A DNA stretch of 64,000 nucleotides from Staphylococcus phage vB_SauM-UFV_DC4. The notes beneath the pieces are model-generated. The model had not been told where the DNA came from, made no database searches, and saw only the letters and a program-made list of their open reading frames with translations. Made by a program: the position numbers and the translations under genes. Below, piece by piece: positions 47,907 through 57,620 of this stretch. The number at the start of each line of letters is the position of its first letter. Position 1 is the first letter of the stretch. The DNA lies in the sequence record MZ779063.1; one strand, given 5' to 3'.

Positions 47907-48674
47907 TTATAATAGAACATTTATTAAATCTGTTAAAAATCTCAATTGATTTTTATAAGATAAATCTTCAATTCTTACTTCTTCATCAATATCATCTTCA
48001 ATATACATTTCCAATGTATCCATTTCAATGATATATTTATTTTCAATTATATCTTTATAATAACCAGAAGTTAAATTATAATTAATCATATTATCTTTAA
48101 ATAATAAAAGTTTCTTATACAAATCCATTTTATCTTTCTTTTTATCTTCCCAAAGACACTCTATTAAAAATTTAAACATGTAATCCATATGATGTTCCTT
48201 AACACCATTTTGATAACCTTTTACATCTATTTTATTTTGATATAAGTTTATATAGTGTTCTTTACCTAATACATTTATATAATTATCATACTCTTCACTT
48301 TCAGCAAATCTAACATGTTTTGATATCTTTAAATTATTACATTTCTTACCAATAACAAATATAGCATCTTTTTTAATACTTAAAATATCACTATCTTTAA
48401 GATTATTATTCTCTATAAAGATTTTTCTAGCTATCTTAAAACCATTCATTAAAACTTCATTCATTTTTTTATTACTTCTCAACATTTTACCAATAATAAC
48501 ATTTCTTTCATATTTCTGAGTATTTCTTAATTTATTATATTGTTCTTCATTAAGATAACCTGAATCATATAATATATTCATACCAGCTGATTTAATATCA
48601 TATTCAGTAATTACAGTATCTTTAATATATCTTACGTCTGATGTGTAATTAGTTTTCATGTATAAATTAGACAC
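47907..48674 (-). CDS. Hypothetical protein
   Basis: ORF, GGAGG RBS. Confidence 0.5.
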   Translation of the reverse strand: MSNLYMKTNYTSDVRYIKDTVITEYDIKSAGMNILYDSGYLNEEQYNKLRNTQKYERNVIIGKMLRSNKKMNEVLMNGFKIARKIFIENNNLKDSDILSIKKDAIFVIGKKCNNLKISKHVRFAESEEYDNYINVLGKEHYINLYQNKIDVKGYQNGVKEHHMDYMFKFLIECLWEDKKKDKMDLYKKLLLFKDNMINYNLTSGYYKDIIENKYIIEMDTLEMYIEDDIDEEVRIEDLSYKNQLRFLTDLINVLL

Positions 48675-48924
48675 TGCAATTACCTCCTCTATAATATTTT
48701 AATAAAACAATTACTATTTAAAAATACATTAGCTAAGCAATTCATTTATAATCCTCCTATATAATCATCGCCAGCCTCTTTACTAATTTCATATTCTCTC
48801 TCAATATCTTCTTCTGATTTACCTTGTAATCCTTCTGCAACTTCACCATATTCATCAAGTAAAAAATCTAAAAATCCCATTATAAAACCTCCTCAAAATT
48901 GTAATCTAATTATCTTCGTAAATT

Positions 48925-49485
48925 TTAATTCTTAACAAAGTTATGTTTCATTAATGTCTTAATAAATTCTTTATTAGTTAACCAATCTCCAGTATTATTA
49001 ACTACTTCAAGATCAGTTACTTCATCTAAATCTTTCTTTTCTTTCTCTAAATCTTCTTTATTTCTTCCTTCACGTTTAACTTGATTCTTTTCATTAACTA
49101 CTTGAATAGTAATAATGTCAGAATCTTCACCATATTTCTCTTTAATATCTCTTACAGAAGCATCTCTACCTTCTCTATTTACAATAATAATATTTACATT
49201 ATAAATACCATTTTGCGGATATTCTAAACTTTGATCAATTGTACCGTAATAATTTTCATAGAAATTAGTCTTAGCTATTAAATTACCTTTCATACCATCA
49301 TATTCTTCTTTATTTAAGAATACATAATCTACGCCATTTTTCTCATCTTCTCTTTGCTTTCTAGTAGTTACTTGATCTAATTTTTTAAAGAATAAATGCG
49401 GATATTCCTTTTGATCTGATAAATTATTTGCCAATACAGTTTTTCCTGAACCTGATACACCACATAATAAGATAAATTTTTTCAT
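48925..49485 (-). CDS. Guanylate-kinase-family nucleotide (d)NMP kinase
   Basis: P-loop LCGVSGSGKTVL, then VTTRKQREDEKNGVDYVFLNKEEY, matching the guanylate-kinase S/TTR...G.DY.F...EF signature. Confidence 0.65.
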   Translation of the reverse strand: MKKFILLCGVSGSGKTVLANNLSDQKEYPHLFFKKLDQVTTRKQREDEKNGVDYVFLNKEEYDGMKGNLIAKTNFYENYYGTIDQSLEYPQNGIYNVNIIIVNREGRDASVRDIKEKYGEDSDIITIQVVNEKNQVKREGRNKEDLEKEKKDLDEVTDLEVVNNTGDWLTNKEFIKTLMKHNFVKN

Positions 49486-49561
49486 AACTAGAAACGACCT
49501 CCAAATTTTATTATCTAATATTATTTGGTTTTCTATATTTTTTAGAAAAATTCGTTATAAA

Positions 49562-50293
49562 TTATGATTTAATTCCATCAGATTCTCTTAATTTATCAAT
49601 TAATTCTATAAATTCATTGTATTTCTTATCTACAATTTTAAGATAATTATATTGAGAATTAGAAGCAACTTCATCTTTTTTCTTTTCTTTTAATTCATCA
49701 CGTTTTTGGTAGTGATTATTTTTACCTTTAATTTCTATTAATAAATTAAAATCAGGAAGATAAAAATCAGGCATGTAGAAATGTTTCTTATTAGCAAACG
49801 TATAAGGAATAGCTATATTAGAAGGAGATAATACATTATTAGATTTAAAATCCATTTGTTTATCTAAGAATTCTAAGAAATCTTTTTCATAAGATCCGAC
49901 ATATTGAGTAGGTAAACCTTTGCCAGAACTCCAATGATATTTGCCTGAAATTCTTCTATTTTCTAACATTTTATTTTGCATTTCAGGGTCATTTAATAAA
50001 GTAGTCTTACCGTATTTTTTATTCATTCTATCTTTAAATTGTTGTCTATATTTATCTTTACATACTTTATCATGTACACGTTCATACTTTTCAGTTTGTT
50101 CATTAAATTTAGTAGGTTTACCACATATAATGCACGTACCATGAGTTTTCTTATTTCTGAAATTAAAATATATATTAGCTGCAGATAATTCACCTAATTC
50201 TTTTTCATGAAATTTCTCCATATGATTATAAAGACCTTTTTTATCTACATATTTCTTTGTACAGAATGGACATTTATGATATTTTGTAGCCAT
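49562..50293 (-). CDS. Zinc-finger protein with a C-terminal endonuclease-like segment (speculative)
   Basis: C2H2-like CPFCTKKYVDKKGLYNHMEKFH and CIICGKPTKF...H...C; C-terminal LLIEIKGKNNHYQKRDELKEKKKDE resembles the IEINGxxWHS cores above. Confidence 0.45.
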   Translation of the reverse strand: MATKYHKCPFCTKKYVDKKGLYNHMEKFHEKELGELSAANIYFNFRNKKTHGTCIICGKPTKFNEQTEKYERVHDKVCKDKYRQQFKDRMNKKYGKTTLLNDPEMQNKMLENRRISGKYHWSSGKGLPTQYVGSYEKDFLEFLDKQMDFKSNNVLSPSNIAIPYTFANKKHFYMPDFYLPDFNLLIEIKGKNNHYQKRDELKEKKKDEVASNSQYNYLKIVDKKYNEFIELIDKLRESDGIKS

Positions 50294-50387
50294 TATTAAT
50301 TTTCACCGTTCTTTCATTATCATTATTTAAGTATAAATGCTTGTTTCTATTGTTTTGTTATAAAAAATTAAGAACGCATTTATTTAT

Positions 50388-50412
50388 AAATATAATATTA
50401 TATAGTACATTA
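50388..50412 (+). promoter_or_regulatory. Promoter-like motif TAATATTATATAGTACATTAATTG
   Basis: Variant of the TATATTATA family, close to the 10345 copy (TATATTATATAAGTGTAGTAC). Confidence 0.35.
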
Positions 50413-50472
50413 ATTGAAAGTTGGTGATAGCTAATCGCTAATAAAAAGAAACATTTTAGAAATGAAATATTC

Positions 50473-50874
50473 ATGGCTCAAAATATCTATAATCGTCAAC
50501 ATATGTTAGAAGATATGGAAGCTATGGGTCAAACAATCCAGAATTTAATTATAATGAAAAAAGGAACTTATCCTAACACTCCAAATTTAGGAGTAGGAAT
50601 AGAAGATTATTTATTTGAAATACTAGATAACGAAACTATATCTGATATTACTAGTAATATTAATAATCAGATAAGTCAATATATAGTATCTTCTTCTGTT
50701 AATATAGATGTTAAAGTAATACAATTAAAAAATAGTAATGCAAATTTAAATAGTTTAAAAATTGACGTTACATTATCAGATACAATTGATATTTCTAACG
50801 TACAAAGTTTTTCTTATGTGTTTGCGGCTAATATGTTAACTAGGAAAATGGTAACTAAACTTGTCTTAAGCTAA
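50473..50874 (+). CDS. Hypothetical protein
   Basis: ORF. Confidence 0.45.
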   Translation: MAQNIYNRQHMLEDMEAMGQTIQNLIIMKKGTYPNTPNLGVGIEDYLFEILDNETISDITSNINNQISQYIVSSSVNIDVKVIQLKNSNANLNSLKIDVTLSDTIDISNVQSFSYVFAANMLTRKMVTKLVLS

Positions 50875-50916
50875 GACTTTAAAAATAATAAAAGAAAAGA
50901 ATGGAGAAATAGATAA

Positions 50917-52431
50917 ATGGTAAAAAAAGCAGATAACAATGAACTTAATGATTTTATGTCTGAAGAAGAATTAAATGAAGTTAGTCAAGGTTCTTCTAAT
51001 AATGATGAGAAACAAGAACAAAAACAAAGTAATCAAAAACAACAACATAATAAAAATAATCAAGGTAATAAAAAGAAAAATAACAATCGCAGAAGAAATA
51101 ACAATAATAAACATAATCAACAAGATAAGAAACAAAATCAAAATAGCAAATCAGCAATTCCAACTCAAAGAAATAAAGACAATCAAACTATGATGAGTGC
51201 TAGTGTTGATAGTGATAATCAACAAGAACAAGCTAAAACAGATCATATTAATTTAGATGGTCCTCAACCAGGCGAAGGTTTTGTTGACTATGAAAACTTA
51301 ACTTCATATGGATTTAGTGAAGGAAAATCAAATGAAGATAATTCTAGCATGACATTATCTGATTTTGAAGAACAACAAGAACAAAAAGCTAAAAAAGATT
51401 ATGAAAATCAAAAAGCTATTAGTGAAATTGAAAGTATTAGCAGTGATGAAAGAGCTAATCTATTAAATAATATTAATGTAGATTTAGATAATATTGAAAT
51501 TATTTCTGACATTGATTATGATATTGATAAAGAAAACACTAATTTCGTATTAAATAGTAAAGCAACTCATCAAGTTGTATTACCACAATCAGCATACATT
51601 GCTCATATGGAAAGTTTACGTAACCAAGAGATTTTATCTATTGCTGAATCTATTGATGATGATTACAATGCAATGTTAAAACGTTACCAATTATACTTCC
51701 ATAAAATGAATACAAATTCATTAGGAATTAATAACTTCCAAGATTTCGCTAGATTAACTTCTGTATATGATGTTAGTACTATTGAATACGGATTATACAA
51801 TATTTCATTCCCTGGTGAAACTAAATTTGATATTAGATGTGGTAGCTGTAGAGCTGAATTAAAAGACGTTAAAGTTTCTAATGATCAATTAATGTCATTT
51901 AAAGATGAAGATGCTTTCGATCATGTTACTAAAAATGTTAAGAATATCACTAGTGTTGATGAAAATAAAGAACACTCATTAATTTATACTGAACAACGTA
52001 TTGCTTTAAGAGATTCTAAAATTATCTTTGAAATTGTAACACCTACTGTTGAAAAACACTTAAGAGTTTTAGGTAGTATCCATATGGACGGTTTAACTGA
52101 AGATGAATCAGAAAGATTTAAACAAAATGCCACAGCTTTAATGCATGTTAAAAATGTTTATATCCCTGACTTAAAAACACTTAAAGAAGGACAAAAACCT
52201 AAGTTCCGTAAATTAAGTGAAGATAACATGAAAGATAAAATGAAAATTATTGAAAATCTTTCTATTCGTGATGGACATCAATTAACTGATGCTATTTATG
52301 ATCGTGTTAATAAACATGCTATTGAATATGCTATTAAAGGTGCAAACTGTCCTAATTGTGGAGAAGATTTAGGTAAGATTGATATTGACATGAGTGAAAT
52401 GCTTTTTCGGGAAGCGCTGCATTTGGTTTAG
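50917..52431 (+). CDS. Hypothetical protein with a Q/N/K-rich low-complexity N-terminal region and a C-terminal CxxC pair
   Basis: KQEQKQSNQKQQHNKNNQGNKKKNNNRRRNNNNKHNQQDKKQNQNSK; NCPNCGEDLGKIDI. Confidence 0.5.
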   Translation: MVKKADNNELNDFMSEEELNEVSQGSSNNDEKQEQKQSNQKQQHNKNNQGNKKKNNNRRRNNNNKHNQQDKKQNQNSKSAIPTQRNKDNQTMMSASVDSDNQQEQAKTDHINLDGPQPGEGFVDYENLTSYGFSEGKSNEDNSSMTLSDFEEQQEQKAKKDYENQKAISEIESISSDERANLLNNINVDLDNIEIISDIDYDIDKENTNFVLNSKATHQVVLPQSAYIAHMESLRNQEILSIAESIDDDYNAMLKRYQLYFHKMNTNSLGINNFQDFARLTSVYDVSTIEYGLYNISFPGETKFDIRCGSCRAELKDVKVSNDQLMSFKDEDAFDHVTKNVKNITSVDENKEHSLIYTEQRIALRDSKIIFEIVTPTVEKHLRVLGSIHMDGLTEDESERFKQNATALMHVKNVYIPDLKTLKEGQKPKFRKLSEDNMKDKMKIIENLSIRDGHQLTDAIYDRVNKHAIEYAIKGANCPNCGEDLGKIDIDMSEMLFREALHLV

Positions 52432-52496
52432 TAACAACGACCAACTCCAAGCAGTATAGAAAAAAGGTCTTTGATGATGCAGCGTATATAGCATAT

Positions 52497-52697
52497 TTGC
52501 TTGATTTATTTGAAGGACGTTTATCTTTTAATGAAATTCTTAATATGGAATTAAATATATTAAATTCTATGGTTAAAGCCAAAGAAAAAGAAATGAAAAA
52601 TAAACGTATGCAACAACAAAAATTAGAATCTGCTCAAAGAAGAGATTTTAATAATGGAATGCCTAAAGTAGAACTACCAAGACATTTAAATAATTAA
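52497..52697 (+). CDS. Small hypothetical protein
   Basis: ORF only. Confidence 0.3.
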   Translation: MLDLFEGRLSFNEILNMELNILNSMVKAKEKEMKNKRMQQQKLESAQRRDFNNGMPKVELPRHLNN

Positions 52698-52725
52698 AAA
52701 AGAAATGAAAGGAGCTGACTATTGA

Positions 52726-53019
52726 TTGGTTACTAATACTAAAGATAGTCAGAAAATCCTTCATATTTATGATTCTCTTGTTGAAGATGATGATAATATT
52801 TTATCATCTCTATGTCATTCTAATAAAGGTTTAGTATTTGTAAATCTTTTATATGACCTAGATTATAAAATTAAAGAAGGATTTTCTAAGAACTATAATG
52901 AATTTGATTACATTATTTTGGAAACAGAAGATAAAGAAAAATTAAAAGAAAAAGTTTCATATATAAAAAATTTAAAATTTGAAGACAACAAGAATAGTAT
53001 AAGAATTTCAATTGTATAA
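52726..53019 (+). CDS. Small hypothetical protein (TTG start)
   Basis: ORF with GAAAGGAG RBS. Confidence 0.4.
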   Translation: MVTNTKDSQKILHIYDSLVEDDDNILSSLCHSNKGLVFVNLLYDLDYKIKEGFSKNYNEFDYIILETEDKEKLKEKVSYIKNLKFEDNKNSIRISIV

Positions 53020-53036
53020 AGTGAGGTCTAAAAAGA

Positions 53037-54779
53037 ATGTTAGATAAGAATAAAGAAAAGAAGAAATTAGTTTCAAATATTGTAGATGAAGATTCATATA
53101 AAGATATAGCTGAATTAACTATTGATACTATTTCAAATACGTTAATGAAATCATTAGGTTATTTCGGATCTACAACTATTTTTGATGATGGTATTAGTAG
53201 ATATGTAACTAAAGACGGTTATAATATCCTAAAAAATATTAGATTTCAAGATACAATCGCTACAGCTATTTTGAATTTTATTAAAGAAGTATCGTTATCA
53301 CTAGTTAAATCAGTGGGAGATGGATCAACTTCATCAGTAATTAACTCACAAGCTATGTTTAAAGAAATTAATAAAAGACTAAAAGAAAAAGATGATTTAG
53401 GTGGATATTCTCGTAAAGAAATTTCTGATTCATTAAATAATATGAAAGAATTAATTTCTAAAGAATTAACTTCAAAATCTACTAAAATTGATCAAGATAA
53501 TTTCCATAAATTAAAAAATATCGCTACAGTATCTAATAACAATGATGAAAAATTAGGAGAAATGGTTTATGAAATTTTCTCTAAAATTGGTAATAAAGGT
53601 TTTATATTCCCTGAAGTTTCTGATAATGAAGAAGACCATTATTCATTAACTAGAGGTATTGAAACACCACATGCATTATTAGATAATAAATTAATTAATA
53701 ATAAAGATGACCATTCAGTTGATTTTAGTAAACCTTATGTAGTTGTTGTTAATGATAAACTAACTGAAGAAGATATTGTATGGACATCAAATATTATTTC
53801 TAAAGTTAAACCGTTCTCAGGACAAGGATTAATATTCTTTGCTCCAGCTTTTTCTAAAGAGTTTAAAGATTATATTAAAAATAATTTACATGCTAATAGA
53901 AATAATGGTTCATTACAAGCAGTTGAAACTGACTTTGAATTATCTATTGGTTCTCATTATCATGATCCAGAAAAATTAGAAGATTTAGCTATATATACAG
54001 GTGGATCTATTATTGATAAAACTATGGAAAAAGAAGATTTCTATAAACAAGTTGAGTCTATTGTAGAACTTCCTGAAAATGACCCAGAATGGTTATTATT
54101 TAAAGAAACTGTAATTGGTAGAGCTGAAAGAATTACTATTGATAATTTTAAAACACAAATTATTAATGGTTATGGTAATGGTACTCAAAAACTTAAAGAT
54201 AGAATTTCAGAAATTAATAATGAGATAACTTATTATACTGATATGAATTCAGATCAAGCTATTACAGCTATTACTGATTTACAAAAACGAGCAAATTCTT
54301 TAAATAATGCTATTGCTAAATTATACGTTGGTGGTTCTTCTCAAGCAGAAAAAACTTCTAGACTATACTTAGTAGAGGATTCAGTGCATGCTTCTAAATC
54401 TGCTTTAGAATACGGTTATGTATCTGGAGGTAACTTATCAGTAAATAAAGTTATTAAAAATATCAATAGAGACGTTTTAAGTGATTTAGATAATCTAACA
54501 TTAGATTTAATTGATATATCTTCAAGAGAAGTTTATCATAAAGTATTAGAAAACTTTAATAGATTTAGTTCGGGAGAAATTGAATCTATCACTCAAACTT
54601 GTATAGATAAAGATGCTATATTGAATATTAAAAATAATGAATATGAAGATGATGTTAATACAGATATTATCAACTCAGTAGAGACAGATATTAAAATATT
54701 AGAAACAACTATTAGTATTATAGGATTGATTTCACTAAGTAACCAATTCTTAACTAATTCAGTCATTATTCCACAATAA
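53037..54779 (+). CDS. Hypothetical protein
   Basis: 580-aa ORF. Confidence 0.5.
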   Translation: MLDKNKEKKKLVSNIVDEDSYKDIAELTIDTISNTLMKSLGYFGSTTIFDDGISRYVTKDGYNILKNIRFQDTIATAILNFIKEVSLSLVKSVGDGSTSSVINSQAMFKEINKRLKEKDDLGGYSRKEISDSLNNMKELISKELTSKSTKIDQDNFHKLKNIATVSNNNDEKLGEMVYEIFSKIGNKGFIFPEVSDNEEDHYSLTRGIETPHALLDNKLINNKDDHSVDFSKPYVVVVNDKLTEEDIVWTSNIISKVKPFSGQGLIFFAPAFSKEFKDYIKNNLHANRNNGSLQAVETDFELSIGSHYHDPEKLEDLAIYTGGSIIDKTMEKEDFYKQVESIVELPENDPEWLLFKETVIGRAERITIDNFKTQIINGYGNGTQKLKDRISEINNEITYYTDMNSDQAITAITDLQKRANSLNNAIAKLYVGGSSQAEKTSRLYLVEDSVHASKSALEYGYVSGGNLSVNKVIKNINRDVLSDLDNLTLDLIDISSREVYHKVLENFNRFSSGEIESITQTCIDKDAILNIKNNEYEDDVNTDIINSVETDIKILETTISIIGLISLSNQFLTNSVIIPQ

Positions 54780-54787
54780 AACTTATT

Positions 54788-54830
54788 GCCGAAACCATTT
54801 GAACATTAATGGTTTCGGCTTATTTTTGTG
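54788..54830 (+). terminator. Hairpin GCCGAAACCATT-tgaacatt-AATGGTTTCGGC followed by a T-run
   Basis: 12-bp perfect stem after the 53037..54779 stop. Confidence 0.65.
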
Positions 54831-54948
54831 AATATAATTATCTTAATAATCTTTTTTACAAAATTAGATTTTTATGATTTTTTATTTGCTTTTTTGCTAA
54901 TTTTTTGTTATAATTAAAAATATATTAAGTAGGAGGAATTATATAAAA

Positions 54949-55722
54949 TTGACTAATTTTACAGCTTCTCAATTTCTCAAAAACCCTACAGGAAAAGGTT
55001 CAGCTACAGTAGCTAGACGTGATAGAATCATATTAGATATGAGAACTAGATTCTCTTATCTTTATAAAAAGAATAGAAAGAGCTTTAAATTAAAGATATT
55101 CTTATATCAAGATAAGTACTATTTCTATTTCCAAATACCTTCAGAAGACTATTTTAAAGAGAATTTATCTTATGATGTTATTATTGAATTTAGACCACCT
55201 AATGAAAGAGCAGCTAAAGCAAAAGATCTTAATAATTACTTAATAAGATTTATTAGTAATTCACCTAACTTTATGTTTACATATGGTTATCTATATAATA
55301 AAGATGATTTACTAATAAGTTGGTTAAGTTATAAATTAGGACCTAAAGCTTTAAATCAACCTCCAGAAGTTAGAAACCCTAGACTTGAATACGGTTTTGA
55401 GAAATCAGTTTATTTTGCACTTTTGTATTTAGAGACTAACCCTAAAGCATTAAAAAATCCGCTTCATTTGACATTACCTAACAGACAAAGAATTAAAAGT
55501 TCTTTCAAATCTTCAGAATTAAAATTACGTGAATACAATAAGATTAAAAAACAGAAAAATGCTTCTAAGAAAAACTCATCAGGTATTAAAAGACAAATAA
55601 GTAATCGTGTCGATAAAAGAAATGAAGAAAAGAAAAGAGTAACTAAACCTATTAATAGAAAAGTTAAATCTATAGGTAAAGTTAAAAAAGTTAAGAAGAC
55701 TAACTCTACAAAACGAAAATGA
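54949..55722 (+). CDS. Hypothetical protein with a very basic Lys/Arg-rich C-terminal tail (nucleic-acid-binding-like)
   Basis: C-terminal 70 aa KKQKNASKKNSSGIKRQISNRVDKRNEEKKRVTKPINRKVKSIGKVKKVKKTNSTKRK. Confidence 0.5.
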   Translation: MTNFTASQFLKNPTGKGSATVARRDRIILDMRTRFSYLYKKNRKSFKLKIFLYQDKYYFYFQIPSEDYFKENLSYDVIIEFRPPNERAAKAKDLNNYLIRFISNSPNFMFTYGYLYNKDDLLISWLSYKLGPKALNQPPEVRNPRLEYGFEKSVYFALLYLETNPKALKNPLHLTLPNRQRIKSSFKSSELKLREYNKIKKQKNASKKNSSGIKRQISNRVDKRNEEKKRVTKPINRKVKSIGKVKKVKKTNSTKRK

Positions 55723-55730
55723 TTTATTAA

Positions 55731-55762
55731 ATATATATTATATAAATGATAAATAATACTTA
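55731..55762 (+). promoter_or_regulatory. Promoter-like motif AAATATATATTATATAAATGATAAATAATAC
   Basis: TATATTATA family copy upstream of ORF 55799. Confidence 0.4.
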
Positions 55763-55798
55763 TTTATCATAATTATTATTTAAGGAGAGTGCCTGATA

Positions 55799-57532
55799 TT
55801 GGATAAAGTTAAAGAATTAGAGTACAAAGAGGATTTAGATTTAAAAAAGATTGATGAATTAGTTAATAATGACGTGGAAGTACCCCTATTATCTAGTAAT
55901 GTCAATAAGCTTAAAAGAGTCTCTGGTAATTTTGAATTAACTAATGAATACATTAATTCTAAAGACTTAGATACACTTGAAAGAAAAAATAAAAATGGTA
56001 AAATTGAATTGGAGTACATACAGAGAACAGATATTCTACCATTAGTTAAATTTATTGAAAGTGAAAAGAATGATACTATATTTATAGATTTCAATAAAAT
56101 ATTAGAAACTGATAATCGTAAAGTACCTAAGGATGAAGAGTTTGATAATATATTTACTATTCAAATTAAACAAAGATCTTACAAGAGTATTTTAGATTAT
56201 ATTGTAAATGATATGAATTTTATAGTTAATGAGATTCCTCACATAATGATTAAAGGTGCTACTATATTAAGTAAGATAGCTAAATTAAGAGAGAATTATA
56301 AAGAAGAAGATTTCTTCAGAGATATTCAGAATATTATTGAAGATGAAGATTTAAGAAATGTTATTAGAAATATTGTTGATAATAACTATACAATTAATTT
56401 AGATCAAACTAATGCTGAAGCTATGTTACAAAGTAAGAAAGTTATTAAGAGAGATTTACAAGTAACTGACCAAGTAAATAAATCATTCTTATCTACAGCT
56501 GTAATGCAAAGATTTATTATTCCGTTTATTAGTCAATATTATGTAACTACTAATAAGTATCATTGTGAAAATTCTGATGCAGATAAAGAAAGAACTAAAA
56601 ATGGTTACTTTAAAGCATTTAATTATTGTATGTGTATTTCTTCATTCGATTATAATGTAAGTAATAATAATAAACTTTATAAAATTGTAGAACCTAAAGT
56701 AATCAAAACAAAATACAATGATAGAGTTATTTGGAGATTCTTAGATTTACGTTCAATTGACCCTGACACTGTTATTAATAAAATAATGGATAAAATCATT
56801 AGACAAATTGTATGTAAATTATTAGTAGATACTTCTGCAGTATCTTACTTTACGTCTGTTATTAAATTCTCAATCGATTATGAATTCCAGTACAAATATC
56901 CAATTAAGTTTAGATCAATACGTCTATCTACAGATGATGACGATGATGAAGATAGCTTCGATAAATTCCAAATGAATAACTTCCATAAAGTTAATGAACG
57001 TTTAGATTTAGCTAATAAAATCACTATTGATAGATTTATTAATGAACGTTTAGAAGAATTAAATATTAGTGATGATTACATTAATCGTTTATATGATAAA
57101 TTTGATTATATTAATGACTTACAATCTCATTTAATTAAAGTTTATTTTGCTGAATACTTTAACGTTAATACAAATGATAGAAAGAGCATTGTTTCATTAC
57201 TAGCTATTATGTCTAAAGAACTTATTGACAATAATATGGAAACTTTAGGAAAAATAGTGGCAAGTAAAGTTGTTTCAGGTACAAAAGCTAAAAATGTAGG
57301 TAAATTATCATTAGACGTAATTGCAGATAAATATTATATTGCTGCTTGGGATAAATATAGATTTATCAATGATATTACTGAAAAAGATAACTTTATCTTA
57401 CGTATAGCATTAGTAAATGGATATTCATTTAACTTCACTCCTGAAGATAAAGAAGAAGATGAAGAAGTTATTGCTGATATTGATAAGAAATACTTTATCT
57501 CTGAAGTATCACAATTTATTTCTCAATACTAA
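55799..57532 (+). CDS. Hypothetical protein (TTG start)
   Basis: 577-aa ORF, AAGGAGAG RBS. Confidence 0.5.
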   Translation: MDKVKELEYKEDLDLKKIDELVNNDVEVPLLSSNVNKLKRVSGNFELTNEYINSKDLDTLERKNKNGKIELEYIQRTDILPLVKFIESEKNDTIFIDFNKILETDNRKVPKDEEFDNIFTIQIKQRSYKSILDYIVNDMNFIVNEIPHIMIKGATILSKIAKLRENYKEEDFFRDIQNIIEDEDLRNVIRNIVDNNYTINLDQTNAEAMLQSKKVIKRDLQVTDQVNKSFLSTAVMQRFIIPFISQYYVTTNKYHCENSDADKERTKNGYFKAFNYCMCISSFDYNVSNNNKLYKIVEPKVIKTKYNDRVIWRFLDLRSIDPDTVINKIMDKIIRQIVCKLLVDTSAVSYFTSVIKFSIDYEFQYKYPIKFRSIRLSTDDDDDEDSFDKFQMNNFHKVNERLDLANKITIDRFINERLEELNISDDYINRLYDKFDYINDLQSHLIKVYFAEYFNVNTNDRKSIVSLLAIMSKELIDNNMETLGKIVASKVVSGTKAKNVGKLSLDVIADKYYIAAWDKYRFINDITEKDNFILRIALVNGYSFNFTPEDKEEDEEVIADIDKKYFISEVSQFISQY

Positions 57533-57551
57533 AAAAAAAATATTAAAAATT

Positions 57552-57600
57552 ACCCATACACTCTATATTAATGAGTGTATGGGTATATTATTTCTTTTTT
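57552..57600. terminator. Hairpin ACCCATACACTC-tatattaat-GAGTGTATGGGT followed by a T-run
   Basis: Between convergent genes 55799..57532(+) and 57621..58781(-). Confidence 0.65.
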
Positions 57601-57620
57601 TTTTCGGATCATAGAAAATT

